Positions 8,707 to 19,274 of a DNA stretch of 64,000 nucleotides are shown one piece after another. Source of the stretch: Vulcanimicrobiota bacterium (GTDB lineage: Bacteria > Vulcanimicrobiota > Vulcanimicrobiia > Vulcanimicrobiales > Vulcanimicrobiaceae); assembly GCA_963812155.1 (NCBI GenBank), contig CAWETW010000003.1, positions 992,001 through 1,056,000 on the forward strand, in the 5' to 3' direction. Position 1 is the first letter of the stretch. Every line of letters starts with the position of its first letter. Under the pieces are notes generated by a model. That model had not been told where the DNA came from. It was given only the letters and a program-made list of their open reading frames with translations, and did not search any database. The position numbers were made by a program, and so were the translations under genes.

Positions 8707-9892
8707 ATGCGCATACAATCGATATACGCGGCTGCATTGGTGCTCGTTTTTAGCGCTTGCAATGCCGCTGGAACCAATCAATCGGTACCCTCGGCGCCAA
8801 CCGGCTCGGGCATGGCGGTGGGTGCTTCCGATCAAATGCCGGCCGGAGTTTCCGATGACGTGCAGCCTGCGGCAGATCACACGTCAATTTTGAAGATGCT
8901 CAACACTGAAACGACCGTCGCTTCGACGGTCGATCCGCTCAACGGCGACAAAAGACCGTACGGCTTGGCGTACGTGAAGAAAAAGCCGTTCGGCAAGAGC
9001 CTTTTGCAGCCGGGCGACCTCGTCGTCTGCAACTTCAACGATAGTTCGGGCACGCCCGGCAAAGGCACGACGATGGAGTACATGTCGTCGGTGCCGGGTT
9101 CGTCGCCGACGCAGCTCACTCAAAGTTCTTCGCTGCTCGGCTGCGCGTCGCTGGTGCTCAGTCCGTTCGACGCTGTATACTCGACGGACGAGGGCGCGAA
9201 GGATGCCGTCGGCGACGACTCCAACGGAAAGATCAAACAGACGCTGAAGGGCTCGCAACTCGTCGAACCGTGGGGAAGCGCCTACGTTCCGTCGCAGACG
9301 GGATATCCGCCGGGAGACGGTCTCTGGGTTTCGGATGCCTCGACCGGTAAGATCGTTCGCATCAACCTCGGGACCGGCGGCAAGCCGACCTACACGCCGG
9401 TGATCTCAGGATTTGCCGTCAACAAGGGCAAACCGGGACACATTCTCGGTCCGTCCGGACTTCAATACAACGAGAAGACGGATACGCTGTACGTGATTGA
9501 CGGCGTCAACGACACTGTCGTCGCGTTCTCGCATGCGTACAACGACTTCAACGTCGCAAACGAAGTCGTCGTCGGTTCAAACGGCACGACGTTCACCGGA
9601 CCGAAGGCCAAAGACGCAAAGGTGATCTACCACGGAGCGCCGCTCAGCGCGCCGATCAGTTCGACACTGCTTCGCCAACGGTAACCTCGTGATCGGCAAT
9701 ACCGGCAACGAAAAGGGTAAGAACCTGCTCGTCGAGATCGCGACCGACGGTACGGTGCTCGCCTATAAGAACGTCAACAAGGGCAACGGGGGCGCGCTGT
9801 TCGGCATCGCGTCGAGCGGTTCGTCCGACTCAACCACCGTGATCTACTTCAATAACGGCAACACCAACGCCGTCCAGGTGCTAACCAAGTAA
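8707..9892 (+). CDS. secreted lipoprotein paralogous to 7406-8554, one apparent extra base near 9674
   Basis: Lipobox FSAC; similarity to the upstream paralog continues across the frame change (ISSTLL / NGNLVIGNT...GALFGI...IYFN). Confidence 0.7.
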
Positions 9893-12098
9893 AACCTGCC
9901 CGGGCGCCGGAGCGCGCCGGCACGACGCGAATCGTCACGCGGTCGCGCGCGCGGCCGTCGAACGCTTCAAACGTCCACGTACCGGTTCGAACCGGCCAAA
10001 ACGCCGTGCCGCTCGCATCGAGCGGGACGGCGTTACCGTTTGCGGTCCAGGCAAGACGAGCGTTTGCACCGGCGGCGCGCAACGCGATTTGCTGTTCGCG
10101 CGCCTGTAACGCCGACGCAGTCGGATTGGCAACGAACACGTCGCCGTCGCGCGGCGAGACGATGCGCAATGAAGAAACGCCGTCGGCTGGCTGCAGCGAG
10201 AGCCACGGATCGTACTCGTGCGAGAGCGCGGGTGCCGGGCGCCGGACGGCGGCGACGTCTTCGGGCCGCACCCATTCTTGCACGACCGCCGGACAACGAG
10301 GCGCAGGCGCGTGGCCCGTCGTCGCGCAGACGGCGACCCGCACGAATCCCAGTGGCGGATCGAACGGCGCCGGATCGTAGCGTTCGTGCAGATGGAGCAT
10401 GATGCGATTCCACAGCGGGCCGGCGCCGGTGACGCCCGATACGCCGCGCATCGGCGAGCCGTCGAAGTTGCCGACCCACACGGCGACGGTGTAGTCGCGA
10501 GTAAATCCGACCGTCCACGTGTCGCGAAAGTCCGACGACGTACCGGTCTTCACGGCGGCCGGAAACGGCATTTCGAGAACGGAATGCAAGCCGAAGGATT
10601 GGGCGCGCGCGTGCGGATCGGCGAGCATGTCGGTGACGAGAGCCCAGGTCGGGGGATCGCCGACGCGATTGGGAACCGGAGGTTGCGCGCTCAACAGGTG
10701 GAGCGGAATCGAAAGGCCGCCGCGCGCCAGCGTCGTGTAGGCGCCTGCAAGTTCCCAGAGGCTGACCTCGCCGCCGCCGAGCGTCAGCCCCAACCCGTAG
10801 TACGACGGCGGCTTGGTAAGGTGCGTGAAGCCGAGTTGGTGCAAACGCTGCAGAAACTCGCCGACGCCGAGCGACGACAGCACGTGCACCGCGGGCGCGT
10901 TGAGCGAGTTTGCGAGCGCATAGCGCACGCGCACCGGGCCGCTGAAACGGCCGCTGTAGTCGTTCGGCTGATAGAGCCTGCCGCCCGAAATCGCGTATGC
11001 GGACGGCACGTCCGGAAGAATCGCGGTCGGAAGAATCGTTCGCTTTTCGAGCGCCAGTTCGTACATGAACGGTTTTAACGAGGATCCCGGCTGGCGCAGC
11101 GCCGTGACGCCGTCGTTGCGGCCGAGTGCGCCGTCGGAGAAATAGTCGGGCGATCCCACGTAGGCCAATACCGCTCCGGTGCGGTTGTCGACGACCAGCG
11201 CGGCCGCATCCACGACGTGCTCGGTTTGCAGCGAGTCGATGACGTCCACCGTTTGTGCTTGGACGAAGCGCTGCAGCGATCGATCGATGGTCGTGCGAAC
11301 GCGACCGCCGATCGCTTGGGGATAGAGGGCGAAGAGTGCGTGCGGAGCGTCGGTGATGCCTTCGTCGGCGCTGCGGACGTGCAGCGTTTCGGCGTACGCG
11401 CTCGCCGCTCGATCGCGGGTGATCTCGCCGAGCGCCGCCATTCGCGCCAGCACGTACCGCTGGCGCGAGCGCAAGGCGTTCCAGTCGCGTTGCGGCCCCA
11501 GACGCGCCGGGTCGTTGGGAATCGCCGCCAGCAGCGAAGCCTGCGCTAAATCGAGATCCGCGGCCGGTTCGCCGAAGTAGGTTCGCGCCGCAGCCTCGAC
11601 GCCGTAGAGATTACCGCCCATCGGCACGCGGTTGACGTACGCTTCGAGAATCGCCGATTTACTCGAGCGAATCGCGATGCGTTCGGCGCCGGCGATCTGC
11701 ACGAGCTTGCCGCGGATGCTGCTCGGCGTGGGATGGAGCAATCGCGCCAGCTGCATGTCGATGGTCGAACCGCCGCTGCGCGCCTCACCGTAGACCACAA
11801 AGTCGCGCAGCGCGCGCGCGAGCGCCGCGAGGTCGACCGCGCCGTGACGGTAGAAGCGCGCATCTTCGGCTGCGACGACGGCGTGCAAAAAGTCCGGCGA
11901 AATGCGATCGAGCGGAACGGCGAGGGCGTGCCTCGAGTCGGACGCGAGGACGGTTCCGAGCGGGAGGCCGGTGCGATCGGTGAACGTCACGGCCTCGTGC
12001 CGTGACGGAAGCGCCGCGACGTCGATGCCGAAGGCGTATGTTGCCGCCATTGCGCCGACCGGAAGCAGCGCGAGGAGCGCGAGCGCAAAGACTTTCAT
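9849..12098 (-). CDS. pbpC: penicillin-binding protein 1C (transglycosylase/transpeptidase)
   Basis: EDARFYRH and GGSTIDMQLAR glycosyltransferase motifs; PGSSLKP (SxxK), SLN, KTGTS; C-terminal PBP1C domain; adjacent to alpha-2-macroglobulin. Confidence 0.9.
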   Translation of the reverse strand: MKVFALALLALLPVGAMAATYAFGIDVAALPSRHEAVTFTDRTGLPLGTVLASDSRHALAVPLDRISPDFLHAVVAAEDARFYRHGAVDLAALARALRDFVVYGEARSGGSTIDMQLARLLHPTPSSIRGKLVQIAGAERIAIRSSKSAILEAYVNRVPMGGNLYGVEAAARTYFGEPAADLDLAQASLLAAIPNDPARLGPQRDWNALRSRQRYVLARMAALGEITRDRAASAYAETLHVRSADEGITDAPHALFALYPQAIGGRVRTTIDRSLQRFVQAQTVDVIDSLQTEHVVDAAALVVDNRTGAVLAYVGSPDYFSDGALGRNDGVTALRQPGSSLKPFMYELALEKRTILPTAILPDVPSAYAISGGRLYQPNDYSGRFSGPVRVRYALANSLNAPAVHVLSSLGVGEFLQRLHQLGFTHLTKPPSYYGLGLTLGGGEVSLWELAGAYTTLARGGLSIPLHLLSAQPPVPNRVGDPPTWALVTDMLADPHARAQSFGLHSVLEMPFPAAVKTGTSSDFRDTWTVGFTRDYTVAVWVGNFDGSPMRGVSGVTGAGPLWNRIMLHLHERYDPAPFDPPLGFVRVAVCATTGHAPAPRCPAVVQEWVRPEDVAAVRRPAPALSHEYDPWLSLQPADGVSSLRIVSPRDGDVFVANPTASALQAREQQIALRAAGANARLAWTANGNAVPLDASGTAFWPVRTGTWTFEAFDGRARDRVTIRVVPARSGARAGFTWLAPGRRWCCRY

Positions 12099-12158
12099 GA
12101 ATCTACTTTGAATGTACGACGCCGAGCCGCACGCTTGCTGCTCCTGAAAGGACGTCCG

Positions 12159-15100
12159 TTGCGTCTATCGCTGCGTCTTCCGCTCGCTACGCTGGCTGCA
12201 TGCGTCGCTGCGGCGTGCTCGACGCAACCGGCGCCGCCGGCGAAACCGGCCGCAGTCGCGGCGCTTCCGAAACCGGCCCTGCCGCCGTGGATCGCCTCCG
12301 TCTCGCCCTCCGGCGGGAGCGTGCAGTCGCTGGCGCAGATCCGCATCATTTTCGCCAAGCCGGTGACGAAGATCGAGGCGCTCTCCGGCGACGGGCCGCG
12401 CGACGTGCTCGATCACGTGCGCATCGAGCCGGCCCTGAAAGGCCGCTTCAGCGTCCTCACGCCGCGCATGATCGGATTCGTCGCCGGGCAGGCCTTGCCG
12501 ATCGGCACCCGCGTGCGCGTCACCCTGACCGCCGGATTACGGAACCTCGACGGCGACGCGCTGCCGAACGACTTGGCGTGGACGTTTGAAACGGCGCCGC
12601 TCGAACTGCACGGTTTGCCGAAACTCACCGCATCCGACGACGAATCCACGCCCGCTCCAGCGGGACTCGATCCAAAAATTCCGGTCGTCGCCAACGCCGC
12701 CATCGACCCGGCGTCGCTGGCGGCGCACGCCGCGATGACTAGCGGCGACGAACGCGTTCCCGTGACCGTCGCACTCGAGGCGACGCCGACGCCGTTGCCC
12801 GGAAGCGGCGCCGAGGAAGCGTTCGACCCATCGTTGAGCGATTGGACCTATAAGATTTCGCCGCAGCACGCGCTGACTCGCGGGCGGACCTACGCGTTGG
12901 AGATCGCGCCGGGCGTGGCGCCGGCCTTCGGCAACGTGCCGACGCGCCGCGCGTTTTCGGGCGGATTCCGCACGTACGGCGAGTTGACGGTGATCGCGAC
13001 GCCGACGCCCGGCGCGGACGCCTACGGACGCTTCGCCGGCGGCGACCCGGCGATTGCTTTCAGTAATCCGCTCGATCCCGCGTCGATTGCGGGTGCCGTC
13101 AGCGTTTCGCCGGCACCGGCTGCGGTGACGAACCTCGTGCAGCTCTCCGACGACGCGACCTCGATTGCGATCGATCCGTACGCGCTCGATCCGAACGCAA
13201 CCTATGCGGTGACGGTGGCGCCGAGCGTGAAGGACGTCTTCGGCCAAACGCTCGCCGCGCCGCAAAAAATAACGGTGCGCACGGGCGATTTCGCGCCGGG
13301 TGCGTGGGCGCCGTCGGGCACGAGCGTGATCCCGTCAGGTACCGCCGTCGCGCTGAATTTCTACGCAACGAATCTTCCCGGAGATCGCTATCAAAGCGCC
13401 TACGCTCCCGTCACGCCGGAAAAACTGTTAGGCAGCAGCGATCCGCTGACTTCGCTGCCTTCATACGCGACGTGGCCGTTCCGGACGTTGAACGATGTCA
13501 AGCGCAACGCGCAGAGCGTCGTCCGCGTGCCGCTGCAAGCGCAGCTCGGAGGCCCGTTCGGGACGCTCGCGTACGGATTCCGTACCGCACTGGATGCGGA
13601 GAATCAAGCGCCGAGTTTGACGGGCATCGCGCAGCTCACGAATCTCGGCGTGTTCGCGCGCTTCTTTCCCTCGCGGGCAGCGGTCCTGGTGCAGCATTTG
13701 AGCGACGGCGCGCCCGCGGCGGGCGTGCGCGTCAGCATCTATCGCAACGTGGGAGGCTCGTCAAAAGGCTCGCCGATTACCTGCGCGCAAGCGACGACCG
13801 ACGGCAACGGACAGGCCGCGCTCGGCGGCGTGGACGTCGAGCGGTGTTCGGCCGGCAACTCCGCGACCGAAGCCCCGACGCTCGGCGTCGTGGCCACCGA
13901 AGGCGTCGATACGGCGACGCTGACGGTGTACGGAACCAGCGACGTCTATCGTTTTTCGGTCGTGCCCGGCTGGCAGAGCGGCGCGCCGCTCTCGCGCGGC
14001 ACGATTTTCAGCGACCGGCAAATGTATCAGCCGGGCGAAACCGGGAAGCTCACAGGCGTTGCGTACTACGTCAGCGGCACGCGCGTCGTCGCGGATCGCA
14101 ACGCGCTCTATCGCGTGACGCTTTCCGACCCGACCAACGCGACGACGTCGCTGGGCAGCGTCAAGACCGACGGCTACGGCATTTTCACGCTGCCGATCGC
14201 GTTCTCGAAGCAGCAGGCGCTGGGATACTACACGATCGACGCTAAGGGCTCCAACGGAAACGACGTCACGGGCTCTTTGCGCGTCGCCGAGTTCAAGCCG
14301 CCGAACTTCAAACTGAGCGTCGCCGTGAGCGCGACCGCCGCGCCCGCGGGGGGCAGTGTGACGGCGAGCGCCGAGGCCGCATACCTGTTCGGCGCGCCGC
14401 TGCAAGGCGGCAGCGTGCGCGCGTACGTGACGCGCGAAGCGGCCACCGTCGCCCCGAAGGGTTGGGACGATTTCTGGTTCGGACGGCAGTGGTTCTGGCC
14501 CGAGGAAACGCCGTCGTTCGATACCGACGTGCTGCAGCGCGACCTTGCACTCGACGCGCAAGGCAAGACGAGCCTCGACGTTTCGGTGCCGTCCGACCTT
14601 CCGTTTCCGATGACGTATACGGTCGACATGGACGCGACCGACGTATCGCATCTATCGGTAGCCGATTCGAAGACGTTTCTCGCGCTGCCGGCGGGAGCGG
14701 CGATCGGCTTATCGTCGGACTACGTCGGCTCGAGCGGCACGCCGATGGTGATTCGCGCCATCGTCACCGATGCATCGGGTCGCGCCATTGCCGGACGCAG
14801 CATCCACCTCGAGCTGCAGAAGATGACGTTTACGTCAGCGACGGAGCAAATCGAGGGCGGCGAAAGCGCACAGCAGGCGATCAAATACGAGACGGTCGAC
14901 AGCGCCGATGCCGCGCCCGGCGAAAAGGCGGCCGACGTAAAGCTGACGCCGCGCGCTTCGGGGCCGTATCGCGTGCGCGCGAACTTTAGCGATGCGAAGA
15001 CCGACGCCGGAGCGACCGACATTCAAGTGTTCGCCTACGGCGCGGGCGAAGCCGATTGGGGGCAGTCCGATCCGAATGCGGTCGCGGTCGAGCTCGACAA

Positions 15101-17792
15101 AAAGTCGTACGCGGTCGGCGATACGGCCAACGCACTGATCGCGTCACCGTTTTCGAAGGCCGACGTCTACTTCGAAGTCGTCCGCGGCGACACGCTCTAC
15201 CACACCATCGTACGCGGCGCAGTTGGTTCGACCCGCGTACCCTTTAAGATTTCGCCGGAGATGCTGCCGAATGCGGCGGTCCTCGCCGTGGTAGTGCGGC
15301 GCGGCCCGGCATTGGGCTCGCTCAGGCCGGGGTCGCTCGATACGCTCTCGCGTGCCGGGATGGCGCCGTTCGACGTTGACGTCGCGCAGCGGTATTTGAC
15401 GCTGCGCATCTCGCCGCAATCGGCCACGGTCGCGCCAGGCCGGCCGCAACGTGTCGACTTCACGCTAGCGAGAAAGAACGGCGGACCGGTTGCGGGCGAA
15501 ATCGTCGCGATGGTCGTCAACGATGCGATCCTGCAGCTCTCGGGGTACCGTTTGCCGGATTTGGTGACGACCGTCTTTGCGGCGCAGCCGATTTCGCTGA
15601 TGCTCGGAGATAATCGCGAAGGCGCGGTGCTCAAGACGCAGACTCCGCCCTCGGAAAAGGGGTTTGGATACGGCGGCGGTTTCCTGGCGGGCGCGGCCGG
15701 AACGCGGGTTCGAACGGCGTTCCTGCCGACGGCCTATTACGGCGTGTTGAAAACCGACGCGTCGGGCCGCACGAGCGCGTCGTTTACCATGCCCGACGAT
15801 CTCACGACGTGGCGCGTAATGGCCGTTGCGGTGGGGGACGACGACGCACACTTTGCGACCGGCGACGCGACCTTCATTGCAACGCAGCCGCTGATCGCAA
15901 ATCCGTTGCTGCCGCAGTTCGCGCGCACCGGAGATTCGTTCGATGCCGGCGTTTCGATCTCGAATCAAACCGGCGCCGGCGGCGCGCTGGCGCTCGTGTT
16001 GAAGCTCGGCGGCGGGCTGACGTTCGCGAGCGGCGACCCGCGCTCTGCGTCGTCGAACGAAACCGCAGCGGCAGGGATGCAGGCGTTCCGCTTTCCGGTG
16101 TTGGCCGGCACGCCGGCTCCGACAACGTTTTCGGCGGCGGGTGCGCTCGGTTCTCAGCGCGATGCGTTCACGGTTCCGTTTACCGTGAGCAATACGTCCA
16201 GTACCGATTCGGTGGTGGAAAGCGGCGCCGCAACCCCGTCGGGGCCCGCGAACGTGCCGATCGCGCTCGACCGCGGCGGTTGGGTCACGCTGACGCTGGC
16301 GAACTCGGTGGTCCCGCAGTTCGCCGTACCTTCCGAAACGATGTTTGCGCGCGATCCGCTGCCGCTCGCGGACGAATCGGCCTCGCGGCTGATTGCCGGG
16401 GCGGCGCTGCGGGCGTTGCGCGGGCCGTACCGCCTGTCGTTGCCGTTCGACCCGAACGCCGACGCGAACGCGTCGGTTGCGCGTCTGCTGGGATACCAAC
16501 GCGGCGACGGCGGCTTCGGCGAAACGCAAGGCTCCCGTGAGAGCGACCCGTTCGTCAGCACGTACGCGCTCGATGCGCTGGTGTTTGCGCGCTCGCGCGG
16601 TATTCCGGTAGCGCCAAGCGCGATCGATCGCGCGCGTGCGTTTACGGCCGGCGCGCTGGCGAATCCGGGACGCTTTACGTGGTGTACCGGCGCCCTGTGT
16701 AAAGCGCAGCTGCGCTTCGAGGCGTTGTGGGCGCTCGCGCAGGCCGGCGACCGGCGCACGGATTTTCTATCGGACGTCGCGTCGCAAGCGGGCTCCTTCG
16801 ATGCGGCGACGCAGATTCGGCTCGCACGATACCTGCTGCAAACGCCGGGATGGCAAGGCAAAGGCGCCGCGATGGCCGATCGCTTGGTGCAAACGCTGTA
16901 CGTCACGGGACGGTATGCCGCGGCGAACGTGTCGTCGCGCTGGGGATGGCTCGGTTCGGTGGTCGAGGCGCAGGCGCAAATGCTGCAACTGCTGCTGGAG
17001 CGCCACGCTCCGGTGGAACAGACCGACGGCGCGGTGCGTGCACTCGCGGCGCAGCAGTGCAAATGCGGCTGGCCGACGAGTGCGGACACGGCTTCGGCGT
17101 TGGGCGCGCTGTCGGCATACGCGCGTACCGAGCGTCTCGGCCCGGCGACGGCCGAGGTGACGGCGGGCGGCGCGAAGGTTGCGAGCGCGCAGTTCGATGC
17201 GACGGCATCGTCGCGAACGGTGACGCTTGCCGCTTCGGCGCTGAAGGGCGGCAGCTTGCGCGTGCGCGCGTCGGGCGGGACGGTCCATTACGTCGTGCTG
17301 TACACCTATCCGGTGCCCAACGATGCGCCGGGCGAACTGGCAGCATTCCGCGTGGTGCGCAGCGTCACGGCGCCGGGTGCCGCGGCGTCGCCGCTCGCGA
17401 CGATGGATCTCGCGCCGCTGCAGCCGGTGACGCTCGCGGCCGGCAAGGTGTTCGACGTCGGCGTGCGCGTCATCGTCGATCATCCGGTCGACCGGCTCGT
17501 CATCGACGATCCGTTGCCGGCCGGTTTCGAAGCGGTCGATACGACGTTCCAGACGTCACTGCAGGCGATCGTGCCGCAAAGCGACAGCTGGCAAATCGAC
17601 GCGCAGCAAATCTACCGGGATCGAGTCGTTGCGTACGCGCAACATCTCGATGCCGGCGTCTACGAAGTGCACTATCTCGCGCGCAGCGTCACGCCGGGCA
17701 CGTTCGGCTGGCCGGGCGCTCGAGCGTACCTGACCGACGCTCCGGAACAATTCGGCCGCAGCGCGGGAACGACGTTGAAGGTGTCGGAGTAG
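12159..17792 (+). CDS. bacterial alpha-2-macroglobulin family lipoprotein with N-terminal Ig-like domains
   Basis: Lipobox AAAC after TTG 12159 (GAAAGGA RBS); FSDRQMYQPGE, VAEFKPP, MPDDLTTWRVMAVA, YQRGDGGF, DPLPAGFEAVD motifs; no CxEQ. Confidence 0.9.
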   Translation: MRLSLRLPLATLAACVAAACSTQPAPPAKPAAVAALPKPALPPWIASVSPSGGSVQSLAQIRIIFAKPVTKIEALSGDGPRDVLDHVRIEPALKGRFSVLTPRMIGFVAGQALPIGTRVRVTLTAGLRNLDGDALPNDLAWTFETAPLELHGLPKLTASDDESTPAPAGLDPKIPVVANAAIDPASLAAHAAMTSGDERVPVTVALEATPTPLPGSGAEEAFDPSLSDWTYKISPQHALTRGRTYALEIAPGVAPAFGNVPTRRAFSGGFRTYGELTVIATPTPGADAYGRFAGGDPAIAFSNPLDPASIAGAVSVSPAPAAVTNLVQLSDDATSIAIDPYALDPNATYAVTVAPSVKDVFGQTLAAPQKITVRTGDFAPGAWAPSGTSVIPSGTAVALNFYATNLPGDRYQSAYAPVTPEKLLGSSDPLTSLPSYATWPFRTLNDVKRNAQSVVRVPLQAQLGGPFGTLAYGFRTALDAENQAPSLTGIAQLTNLGVFARFFPSRAAVLVQHLSDGAPAAGVRVSIYRNVGGSSKGSPITCAQATTDGNGQAALGGVDVERCSAGNSATEAPTLGVVATEGVDTATLTVYGTSDVYRFSVVPGWQSGAPLSRGTIFSDRQMYQPGETGKLTGVAYYVSGTRVVADRNALYRVTLSDPTNATTSLGSVKTDGYGIFTLPIAFSKQQALGYYTIDAKGSNGNDVTGSLRVAEFKPPNFKLSVAVSATAAPAGGSVTASAEAAYLFGAPLQGGSVRAYVTREAATVAPKGWDDFWFGRQWFWPEETPSFDTDVLQRDLALDAQGKTSLDVSVPSDLPFPMTYTVDMDATDVSHLSVADSKTFLALPAGAAIGLSSDYVGSSGTPMVIRAIVTDASGRAIAGRSIHLELQKMTFTSATEQIEGGESAQQAIKYETVDSADAAPGEKAADVKLTPRASGPYRVRANFSDAKTDAGATDIQVFAYGAGEADWGQSDPNAVAVELDKKSYAVGDTANALIASPFSKADVYFEVVRGDTLYHTIVRGAVGSTRVPFKISPEMLPNAAVLAVVVRRGPALGSLRPGSLDTLSRAGMAPFDVDVAQRYLTLRISPQSATVAPGRPQRVDFTLARKNGGPVAGEIVAMVVNDAILQLSGYRLPDLVTTVFAAQPISLMLGDNREGAVLKTQTPPSEKGFGYGGGFLAGAAGTRVRTAFLPTAYYGVLKTDASGRTSASFTMPDDLTTWRVMAVAVGDDDAHFATGDATFIATQPLIANPLLPQFARTGDSFDAGVSISNQTGAGGALALVLKLGGGLTFASGDPRSASSNETAAAGMQAFRFPVLAGTPAPTTFSAAGALGSQRDAFTVPFTVSNTSSTDSVVESGAATPSGPANVPIALDRGGWVTLTLANSVVPQFAVPSETMFARDPLPLADESASRLIAGAALRALRGPYRLSLPFDPNADANASVARLLGYQRGDGGFGETQGSRESDPFVSTYALDALVFARSRGIPVAPSAIDRARAFTAGALANPGRFTWCTGALCKAQLRFEALWALAQAGDRRTDFLSDVASQAGSFDAATQIRLARYLLQTPGWQGKGAAMADRLVQTLYVTGRYAAANVSSRWGWLGSVVEAQAQMLQLLLERHAPVEQTDGAVRALAAQQCKCGWPTSADTASALGALSAYARTERLGPATAEVTAGGAKVASAQFDATASSRTVTLAASALKGGSLRVRASGGTVHYVVLYTYPVPNDAPGELAAFRVVRSVTAPGAAASPLATMDLAPLQPVTLAAGKVFDVGVRVIVDHPVDRLVIDDPLPAGFEAVDTTFQTSLQAIVPQSDSWQIDAQQIYRDRVVAYAQHLDAGVYEVHYLARSVTPGTFGWPGARAYLTDAPEQFGRSAGTTLKVSE

Positions 17793-18042
17793 CACTTAAG
17801 TTCTAACGCTTCCTCAAGGTCTTGACAAAGCTGACAAGAAGGCGCACGGTAGTTCCTGAGGAGTTGCCACGGGCGTGTCGCGGCTTCGGCCGTTCGCGTC
17901 GTGGATCGCGCTCCTTTGTGCCGGTCCTGCGATCGTTTTGCTTAGGCTGCGATGGCACTGCTTACTTCGACGAGATGCGTCGCAGTGCGCATGAAGCTCC
18001 CGAAGTCGTAAAGGCGATTCGGAGAACTGAAAGCTGGAACGC

Positions 18043-19209
18043 ATGCAAAACTCAAACGTTGCTCTCTACGCATTGAGCATGCGCGCGACTGTTCTCGTAC
18101 TCAATGGCTGTAGCAGCACGACGAACGTCACTCCAACGCAATCCACCCCTTCGATGAAATCTCCCTGCACTTCACGCGCTGCGCATGCTGCCGCGCTGTT
18201 CCTGCCCTCCTGCCTTTCAGATTCGACGAGAAATCAGGGTTCGATTCGATTGGTTGCGAGCGACGGGATGAGTCCCGCAGGCGGCACGCGGCCCGACGGA
18301 ACGTTTACGAATATCGACTTTCCAAACAACGCAAACGGCAACTGGGCCTCCTCTATCGACCAACGCGGCGACATTGTTGGATTCGGCCTCGGCAGCAAAC
18401 ACGCGATCCGATACGCCGGCTATCTCCGGCTCAAGAATGGAAGCTATATCGAGCTGCACGATCCTGACGCCGGAAGCGGACCTGGCCAAGGTACGGCACC
18501 TCTCGGCATTAACCAATGGGGCGACATCGTGGGAGGGTACTTCGATAGCACCAACACCGAGCACGCGTTCCTGCTCCACGGTGGTGTGTATAGAACCTTC
18601 GACGAACCGAACGCTGTGGGTGGGACCACCACGCCGGTGCGCATCGATTCGGCCGGCGACGTCATCGGGAATTACAGTGACGCGAATAACGAACTGCACG
18701 GGTTCGTGAAGCGAGGCCACCATTACACGACCATCGACGATCCATACGGCGGAGTAGGAAACGATTTAGGTACCGAGGCAGGGGACATGAATTCGCATGG
18801 TGTGATCAGCGGCACGTTTTACGATGCGAACAACGTTGCGCACGGCTTCCTGTTTCATGCTGGGAAGTACGTGACGCTGCCGGATCATCGCAAGGCCGGA
18901 TACGGTGGCGGCGAGCAGGGCACGTACGCCTTTGACTTCAATCCATATGGCGGCCTTGTCATGAACTATATAACGAGTGACGGCATCAACTATGGCGCCC
19001 TGCTTTGCAATGGCAAGTACACGGAATTCGACGATCCGCACGCTAAGTACGTACCGGGCCAAGGTTACGGAAGCCAGTTGAATGACGTGGCCGCTGATAA
19101 CGGCGACGGTGTCGGAATGTACTTTGATAGCAACGGCGTTTGGCATTTGTATCTGTATCGCCCGCGCAACGCCCCGGTGCACCGGAGGTGCCGTGAAGAT
19201 CGCGGGTGA
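18043..19209 (+). CDS. secreted repeat protein (HAF-repeat-like beta-propeller), probable lipoprotein
   Basis: LNGC lipobox; about six repeats resembling DP...T...IN..G.IVG.Y.D....HGF; lower GC than flanks. Confidence 0.7.
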   Translation: MQNSNVALYALSMRATVLVLNGCSSTTNVTPTQSTPSMKSPCTSRAAHAAALFLPSCLSDSTRNQGSIRLVASDGMSPAGGTRPDGTFTNIDFPNNANGNWASSIDQRGDIVGFGLGSKHAIRYAGYLRLKNGSYIELHDPDAGSGPGQGTAPLGINQWGDIVGGYFDSTNTEHAFLLHGGVYRTFDEPNAVGGTTTPVRIDSAGDVIGNYSDANNELHGFVKRGHHYTTIDDPYGGVGNDLGTEAGDMNSHGVISGTFYDANNVAHGFLFHAGKYVTLPDHRKAGYGGGEQGTYAFDFNPYGGLVMNYITSDGINYGALLCNGKYTEFDDPHAKYVPGQGYGSQLNDVAADNGDGVGMYFDSNGVWHLYLYRPRNAPVHRRCREDRG

Positions 19210-19274
19210 CCTAAACTGAGCCGGTACACATTCTAGAGTCGAAGGATTGCTCGAGAGAAACGAAAGGACGAAAC

